From: Methanomassiliicoccaceae archaeon UBA593
Lineage (GTDB): Archaea; Thermoplasmatota; Thermoplasmata; Methanomassiliicoccales; Methanomethylophilaceae
Direction: 5' to 3'
Assembly: GCA_002495325.1 (NCBI GenBank)
Contig: DAEQ01000002.1
Span: 112,877-176,876 of the forward strand
Length of the DNA stretch: 64,000 nt
The position numbers and the translations under genes were made by a program. The stretch's first letter is position 1. Every line of letters starts with the position of its first letter. The notes beneath the pieces are model-generated. The model made no database searches. It was not told the origin of the DNA and saw only the letters and a program-made list of their open reading frames with translations. Below are positions 57,060-64,000 of the stretch, in pieces.

Positions 57060-58622
57060 TCAGCTGTGCCGGAAGACCCGGCAACCGGTAAAGACCATCG
57101 CCATGTTGTGCTCGTTGGCAGCATCGATGGACTCCTGGTCCCGGATACTGCCTCCGGGTTGGATGATGGCTGTGATGCCAGCCTCTGCTGCAGTATCCAC
57201 GCCGTCCCGGAACGGGAAGAAGGCATCGGATGCCATAACACAGCCCTTGGTGGGCTCGTTGGCCTTAAAGCTGGCAATCTTCGCGGAATCGACCCGGCTC
57301 ATCTGACCGGCACCGATGCCCACAGCATGCTCGCCGCGAACGTAGACAACCGCGTTGGACATCACATGTTTGGCAAGCTTCCAGGCGAACAGGAGCGAGT
57401 GGATCTCTTCCGGTGTCGGTGCGCGCTTAGTAACGACCTTCAGGTTCTTGGGGTCGATCAACACGTCCTCATCGGTCTGCACGAGCAAGCCGCCTTGGGT
57501 GCGCTTGCACTTCATCTCACGGTGCCGGTAAGCCGGGCCGATGGGGGACTGGGTGCGCAGCAGACGGATGTTTTTCTTTTTGGTCTCCAGAAACTCAAGG
57601 ACACCGGGCTCATAGTCAGGGCAGATGACGCACTCGACAAAGTACTGATGGATGATCTCGGCGGTGGCCATGTCGCAGTTCCGGTTCAGCGCAATGACAC
57701 AGCCGAAAGCGGACATGGGATCGACATCATAGGCCGTGCGGAAGGCCTTCGAAATGGTCTCGTCGCTTGCCAGTCCACAGGGGTTGGTGTGCTTCATGAC
57801 GACAGCGGTCGGGCGCTCAAAGTCCATGACAATATCCAGCGCTTTGTCGAGGTCGATGATGTTGTTGTACGAAAGTTCCTTGCCATGCAGGCACTCGGCC
57901 TTGGCGACGGTAACGCCGGGAGTAAACGGGTCCCGGTAGAAAGCGGCCTTCTGGTTCGGGTTTTCGCCGTAGCGGAGGTCGAAGACCTTCTCGGTCGGCA
58001 TCGGCCAGGAAACAGGGAACTGCTCGGTTCCTAAACGGGTCTGCATTTGACTGGCGATCATGCTGTCGTACTCGGCAGTAGTAATAAAGGCCTTGGCCAT
58101 CAGGGCGCCCATGGTCCGGGCACTGAGCTCGCCGTTGCCAGCCTTGAGCTCATCCAGAATCGGCTGGTACTGGGCCGGCTCCACAAGCACAACGACCGAC
58201 TTATAGTTCTTCGCCGCAGCGCGGATCATGCTCGGGCCGCCGATGTCGATATTCTCGACGATCTCGTCGAACGAGACGCCTTCCTTCAGCACGGTCTGCT
58301 TGAACGGGTAGAGGTTTACGACGACCATGTCGATGGGCTCGATACCCATATCTTTCAGTTCCTGCATGTGCTCGGGTTTATCGCGCCGGGCAAGAATGCC
58401 GGCGTGAATCTTGGGATGAAGCGTCTTGACACGCCCGTCCAACATCTCCGGGAAGCCGGTGACGTCAGAAACCTCGGTCACGGCCACGCCGTTCTCTTTC
58501 AGAAGTCTGTAGGTACCGCCGGTCGAAATGATGCTGACGCCCATGGAAACGAGCTGTTTCGCAAAGTCGACGACCCCGGTTTTGTCAGAAACGCTGATGA
58601 TTGCCCTCTTGACTTTTACCAG
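57060..58622 (-). CDS. purH: bifunctional AICAR transformylase / IMP cyclohydrolase
   Basis: [35 protein letters not shown] and SDAFFPF; probable CTG start. Confidence 0.95.
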   Translation of the reverse strand: MVKVKRAIISVSDKTGVVDFAKQLVSMGVSIISTGGTYRLLKENGVAVTEVSDVTGFPEMLDGRVKTLHPKIHAGILARRDKPEHMQELKDMGIEPIDMVVVNLYPFKQTVLKEGVSFDEIVENIDIGGPSMIRAAAKNYKSVVVLVEPAQYQPILDELKAGNGELSARTMGALMAKAFITTAEYDSMIASQMQTRLGTEQFPVSWPMPTEKVFDLRYGENPNQKAAFYRDPFTPGVTVAKAECLHGKELSYNNIIDLDKALDIVMDFERPTAVVMKHTNPCGLASDETISKAFRTAYDVDPMSAFGCVIALNRNCDMATAEIIHQYFVECVICPDYEPGVLEFLETKKKNIRLLRTQSPIGPAYRHREMKCKRTQGGLLVQTDEDVLIDPKNLKVVTKRAPTPEEIHSLLFAWKLAKHVMSNAVVYVRGEHAVGIGAGQMSRVDSAKIASFKANEPTKGCVMASDAFFPFRDGVDTAAEAGITAIIQPGGSIRDQESIDAANEHNMAMVFTGCRVFRHS

Positions 58623-58745
58623 TTGAATGCCCCCTCAGGGATTGTGCTATGCACACTAGGCTTGCGTATGGACTGCTCATAAATAAGGTTCACGCGCGTG
58701 CAAGAGAACCCGGGATTACGTCTCGGAATTTTGATAAAAGGGCGT

Positions 58746-58761
58746 GGGCCCCGAAGGGCCC
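58746..58761 (-). terminator. cUUCGg hairpin downstream of gdhA
   Basis: gggccc-TTCG-gggccc on minus strand flanked by T runs. Confidence 0.6.
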
Positions 58762-58783
58762 GAAAAAGTTTGGTCAGGAAAAA

Positions 58784-60190
<1,407 letters not shown>

Positions 60191-60404
60191 TCAGGAGGGA
60201 ATGACACTTCACAGTATATAACACATATTGTTCAACTGTTCGTTTTTGACTTCAACTTCAATCGCTTCCCATATTAATTTTCCGTCCATTTACTCCAACA
60301 CACTAAGATACTCTTTTTGAATTAGATAAATGTCTAATGCCTTCGGAGTATCGATCCGACGGCGGTTTTAAGCACTTTTATAGTTGTTAACCTATGGCCT
60401 GCCC

Positions 60405-60998
60405 ATGCGCAAGAAAGACCTCGCGATTGCCTTGGAAAAGGTACCGCCCTTCGAGGACCCCGACCCAGCCCTTGAGCAATATCCAACCCCGGCCAATCTC
60501 GCGGCGGACATTGTCTTCGAGGCCTATGCCGCCGGCGACATCGCCGGCCTGAAGGTCATGGACTTAGGTTGCGGCACCGGTATGTTCGCCATCGCTGCCT
60601 GGCTGATGGGCGCAGGTGCGGTCACCGGCTACGACGTCTCGTCTAAGGCCCTGCAGACCGCAGCCACCTGCGCCGCGGCATTCGGCGCACCGATCGAACT
60701 GAAGCAGGCCGATATCCGGGACATACACGAAGGCGCGGACACCGTGCTGATGAATCCGCCGTTCGGCAGCCAGAACCGCAACGCCGACCGGCCGTTCCTG
60801 GCCAAAGCGATGGAATGCGCCGAATGCGTCTATTCGCTCCACATGGCCGATACCCTGCCCTTCGTCAAACGCTTTGCGGCAGAACACGGACGGCAGGTCA
60901 CCGCACATAAAATTTATAAGTATGATATCCCACATACATTCTCGTTCCATACCAAAGCAAAGCAGATGGTCGAGATTGTGGCCGTGCTTATCCGTTGA
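60405..60998 (+). CDS. METTL5-family N6-adenine methyltransferase
   Basis: LEQYPTP, DLGCGTG and MNPPFG. Confidence 0.88.
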   Translation: MRKKDLAIALEKVPPFEDPDPALEQYPTPANLAADIVFEAYAAGDIAGLKVMDLGCGTGMFAIAAWLMGAGAVTGYDVSSKALQTAATCAAAFGAPIELKQADIRDIHEGADTVLMNPPFGSQNRNADRPFLAKAMECAECVYSLHMADTLPFVKRFAAEHGRQVTAHKIYKYDIPHTFSFHTKAKQMVEIVAVLIR

Positions 60999-61579
60999 GT
61001 TTTGAAGAGGCAATGAAGATGACAGAGAACAGAGAAGTATTCCCCGGCGATGAGATCGCCGTGGAAGAAGAATACCTAGCCGCTGACGGTACATTCGTCT
61101 GCAACGGAAAGATTTACGCCTCGCAGATCGGCAGACTGGTCCTGGACGACGACGAGTGTATCGCCCGGGTGATCTCACCGAACCCCCCGAACATGCTGAA
61201 GGAAGGCGACACCGTCTACGCCGTCGTCAACGACACCCGGAAGACTATGGTCACTGCCACTGCGCTTTGCCGCGAAGGCACCGACCGGGCGATTGCCAGC
61301 AGCACCGACGCCACACTTCACGTTTCTAAGATTTCTCCAAACTACACCAGCAGTACCAGCGAGGAGATGCGTAAGGGCGATCTAATCCGGGCCCGCGTCA
61401 TCGGGACCAAACCGTCTCTGCAGCTCACCACGAAGGACGCCCATCTGGGCGTCGTCCGGGCCCAATGCGGTTTGTGCAAGACTGAGCTGGTCCGGAAAGG
61501 TGAGAACCTTTTCTGTCCCAAGTGCCGGCGCTCACAGCCGCGGAAACTGGCCGACGACTACGGAGACATCCGGTTATGA
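60995..61579 (+). CDS. csl4: exosome RNA-binding subunit Csl4
   Basis: V.PGD, S1 domain (GDLIRARV), LGVVRA.C..C and C..C....RK. Confidence 0.9.
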   Translation: MSFEEAMKMTENREVFPGDEIAVEEEYLAADGTFVCNGKIYASQIGRLVLDDDECIARVISPNPPNMLKEGDTVYAVVNDTRKTMVTATALCREGTDRAIASSTDATLHVSKISPNYTSSTSEEMRKGDLIRARVIGTKPSLQLTTKDAHLGVVRAQCGLCKTELVRKGENLFCPKCRRSQPRKLADDYGDIRL

Positions 61580-61761
61580 GTTCCCCCGAGCAGCAGGAAC
61601 TGACCCTGCTGAAAAATCAAGTGGCCAGCCTGCAGGAGCAGGTCCGCGACCTGCGTGACTTCGTCCGGGCGATCTATACCATGATCGAGAATGACGACGG
61701 AGAGTATGAAGCCCCCGCCGATTTCGTCGGCGGGATGGAATACGGAAGGACCAACACTTGA
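61576..61761 (+). CDS. small coiled-coil protein (61 aa)
   Basis: Overlap-coupled to csl4 and the ThiI-like gene; heptad pattern LKNQVASLQEQVRDL. Confidence 0.65.
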   Translation: MSSPEQQELTLLKNQVASLQEQVRDLRDFVRAIYTMIENDDGEYEAPADFVGGMEYGRTNT

Positions 61762-62384
61762 AGCTCATCGCTCTGCTGTCCGGCGGCATCGATTCTCCGG
61801 TCGCCGCTTATGTCATGGCCCGGCGCGGGGCCGACATCATCCTGCTGCATCTGGACAACCGCCCGTACGCCGACGATCGCACGGCCGCGAACGTCCAGCT
61901 TATCGCCGCCCGGCTGCGGCAGGTCACCGGTCAGGAGATGCCACTGTACACCGCCCCCCACGGACCCAGTCAGACCAAGATCGCCGAAGTCTGCGACCGT
62001 CATTATCAGTGCGTTATGTGCAAACGGACGATGCAACGTACCGCCCGGGAACTGGGAAAGGAACTGGGCTGCACCGCGATGATTATGGGCGATTCGCTCG
62101 GTCAGGTCGCCTCGCAGACGCTGACCAATATCCGCGGGGAGAACCTGAGCCTCAACTGGCCGGTGGTCCGTCCGCTAATCGGATGGGACAAACTGGAGAT
62201 CGAGAACATCGCCAAACAGATCGGCACGTTTGAACTGTCGATTCGGCCAGCTACTGGTTGCACCTTGGTACCAGTCCATCCGGTCACCGAAGCGGAACCA
62301 GACAAAATTGAAAAGTATAACATGACCTGCAATCCGGACACTCTGGCTGCAGCGGCCGCCGCTGCAGCAACAAGAGTTTCCTGA
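61758..62384 (+). CDS. ThiI-like PP-loop sulfurtransferase catalytic domain (no THUMP)
   Basis: LLSGGIDSPVA, C.MCKR.M, GDSLGQVASQT, RPLIG.DK.EI and GC. Confidence 0.82.
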   Translation: MKLIALLSGGIDSPVAAYVMARRGADIILLHLDNRPYADDRTAANVQLIAARLRQVTGQEMPLYTAPHGPSQTKIAEVCDRHYQCVMCKRTMQRTARELGKELGCTAMIMGDSLGQVASQTLTNIRGENLSLNWPVVRPLIGWDKLEIENIAKQIGTFELSIRPATGCTLVPVHPVTEAEPDKIEKYNMTCNPDTLAAAAAAAATRVS

Positions 62385-62386
62385 CC

Positions 62387-62683
62387 TTACTGGGTGCTGT
62401 GCTCGTGGCGATACTTGGTTTCGCTGTACCGGTAAAAGGCGGGGCACGAATCGATCTCGTCCTCGTCATACAGCATATCCATCGTCACACTCTCGATATA
62501 AGGGGCCTGAACCTTGGAGACGTAAAGAATGTTGTCTCCAACAGGAATCTTCACGTCCGACTCTTTCGGTTCTTTAACGGAAGTAGGTACCAAAGCAGGG
62601 CCCATGCAGGCCGTACAGACGCGGTAGTCCTGCTTCTCCCGCAGGATCATTGCTTTTACGTCGTCAGCAACAGCGATTGCCAT
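62387..62683 (-). CDS. small conserved-looking hypothetical protein with CxxC
   Basis: DYRVCTAC.GP.L.P..VK.PK..D pattern; 98 aa. Confidence 0.65.
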   Translation of the reverse strand: MAIAVADDVKAMILREKQDYRVCTACMGPALVPTSVKEPKESDVKIPVGDNILYVSKVQAPYIESVTMDMLYDEDEIDSCPAFYRYSETKYRHEHSTQ

Positions 62684-62714
62684 AGCGGCGGAATTCCTGA
62701 TGCCGCTATTATAG

Positions 62715-64000
62715 TTATGGGCCGGGCGGCCGAGAAGCGGCACCGAAAAAACTGCGGACGGCCGCGACGGGATCGGAGACCGGTTTAGCCGGCAACCCCT
62801 CCAAAGTGGCCGCACGGCGATCCAGAATGACCGCCATCCCCCGGTCGGTTTCCGACCGAATCAGCCGGCCGACGGCCTGCCGCATCTTGCGGACAGCCGG
62901 AACCTTGACCGCGTGCTCCCAGCCGCTGCCGAACCGGTTCTGGCCGTAGCGAATGAGCGCGTCCTGCTTGGCCGAAGGCCGCGCGTACGGAATACCCACA
63001 AGCACCGCGAACTCCAGGTCCTGGCCGGGAAAGTCCAGCCCTTCGCTGACCCGCCCGCCGGACACAGCGAAGAGCACTCCGCCCGCAGCCATCCGGAACT
63101 CCGCGACCTGCTCCATCAGGTCCTCCTGCGGCATACCCGCCCGTTCGTAGTAGACCGGACGGCCCAGTTCGTCCGGTACACCCGCGTCGATGAAACGTTC
63201 CATTAGCGCATAGGACGGGAAGAACACAGCAGTGTTCCGCCGAACTGCCTGACAGACCGCTACAGTCTCCGCCCGCAGCCGTTCGAAGGCGGCCGGATCA
63301 CCGTTCAGTTCGGCGAACTTGGTAGAAACATCTTCAGCATAGACCACCTGAAGATGGTCAGGTGGGAACGGCGAGGGGAAGATCTCGCAATCGGCCTGGT
63401 CGAGCCCCAGTTCACGGGCGTAGTCCTCCAGCGGTGCCAGGGTTCCCGAGAGATGAACGGAAGCCCGGCACTCCCGCAGCGGCTGAGCCACTTCCCACGG
63501 ATCCAGGCAGAAGGACTCCAGCGCCGGGTTCCGGCCGCCGATAATCAGAAAGACATGGGTGTTCTCATCGCAGGCGTTCCAGGCGGTCAGGAACCGGGCC
63601 AGGGCTCCGATGTGCGACCGGGGCAGCCGACGCTTCGCCTCTGCGGCGGCTGCCACCGACTCCCCGCATTCCGCCAGCCCTTTCACGGCGGCGGTAATGC
63701 CGGTGGTGGAGAGTCCGAGCCGGTCCATCAGTTCCTCATTCAGATAATCGGGCGGAAGGAAGCCGTCGTCGCCGTGCAGGAACTTATCCTGCGCTGCTCC
63801 GATAATGTCCTGTATTACCTGGACGAAATCGGTAACCGTCAGCCCCTGGGCGATCTCGGGATTGCCCAGCCGGCCGGCCTCCGCAGCCACCAGTTCCAGC
63901 GTCCGGGCGGAATAGCGGCAGGTGTTAACTTCGCGGAGGTAGTCTGGCAGGTTGTGGGCCTCATCCACGATTACCACGGCATCCTTCAGTTGTATGTTTA
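62715..64000 (-). CDS. XPD/Rad3/DinG-family ATP-dependent DNA helicase, 5'-truncated by window edge
   Basis: IVDEAHNL, SGTL.P, FFPSY, SEGLDF and Q.VGRLIRS..D.G. Confidence 0.9.
   Translation of the reverse strand, partial: NIQLKDAVVIVDEAHNLPDYLREVNTCRYSARTLELVAAEAGRLGNPEIAQGLTVTDFVQVIQDIIGAAQDKFLHGDDGFLPPDYLNEELMDRLGLSTTGITAAVKGLAECGESVAAAAEAKRRLPRSHIGALARFLTAWNACDENTHVFLIIGGRNPALESFCLDPWEVAQPLRECRASVHLSGTLAPLEDYARELGLDQADCEIFPSPFPPDHLQVVYAEDVSTKFAELNGDPAAFERLRAETVAVCQAVRRNTAVFFPSYALMERFIDAGVPDELGRPVYYERAGMPQEDLMEQVAEFRMAAGGVLFAVSGGRVSEGLDFPGQDLEFAVLVGIPYARPSAKQDALIRYGQNRFGSGWEHAVKVPAVRKMRQAVGRLIRSETDRGMAVILDRRAATLEGLPAKPVSDPVAAVRSFFGAASRPPGP

Noticed and set aside
58623-58740. ZTP (pfl) riboswitch upstream of purH
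   Set aside because: The minus-strand leader lacks the GACUGGCG/GUGG and CCGYCYGGGC elements; only short hairpins are present.

Overview
GC-rich archaeal chromosomal segment, almost entirely coding. It is most consistent with a Methanomassiliicoccales methanogen (Thermoplasmatota). Supporting genes are a headless fpo/nuo operon (A,B,C,D,H,I,J1,J2,K,L,M,N; no F/O or E/F/G), methanogenesis marker 11, CarS, two geranylgeranyl reductases, PCNA, TFS, Nop5, aIF5A and Csl4. About 65 CDS are mostly housekeeping: smc-scpA-scpB, an ABC transporter, the R15P isomerase-form III RuBisCO-AMP phosphorylase pathway, transketolase/transaldolase, purH and gdhA. I saw no tRNA, rRNA, CRISPR array or transposase. 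The most notable element is a two-gene nitrogenase-like (group IV) reductase at 20930-24348: a NifH-type ATPase fused to a NifD-like subunit, plus a NifK-like partner. It keeps Fe-S ligands, lacks FeMo-co ligands, and has a perfect palindrome bracketing its TATA box. It lies between the fpo operon and a putative long-chain prenyl synthase/GGR pair. Other oddities are two genes (nob1, AMP phosphorylase) with CGA where a TGA stop is expected, structured 5' leaders, a THUMP-less ThiI, a HAD enzyme lacking its nucleophile, and a membrane protein with a degenerate Vsr-like domain. All calls come from motif recognition by eye; no searches were run.
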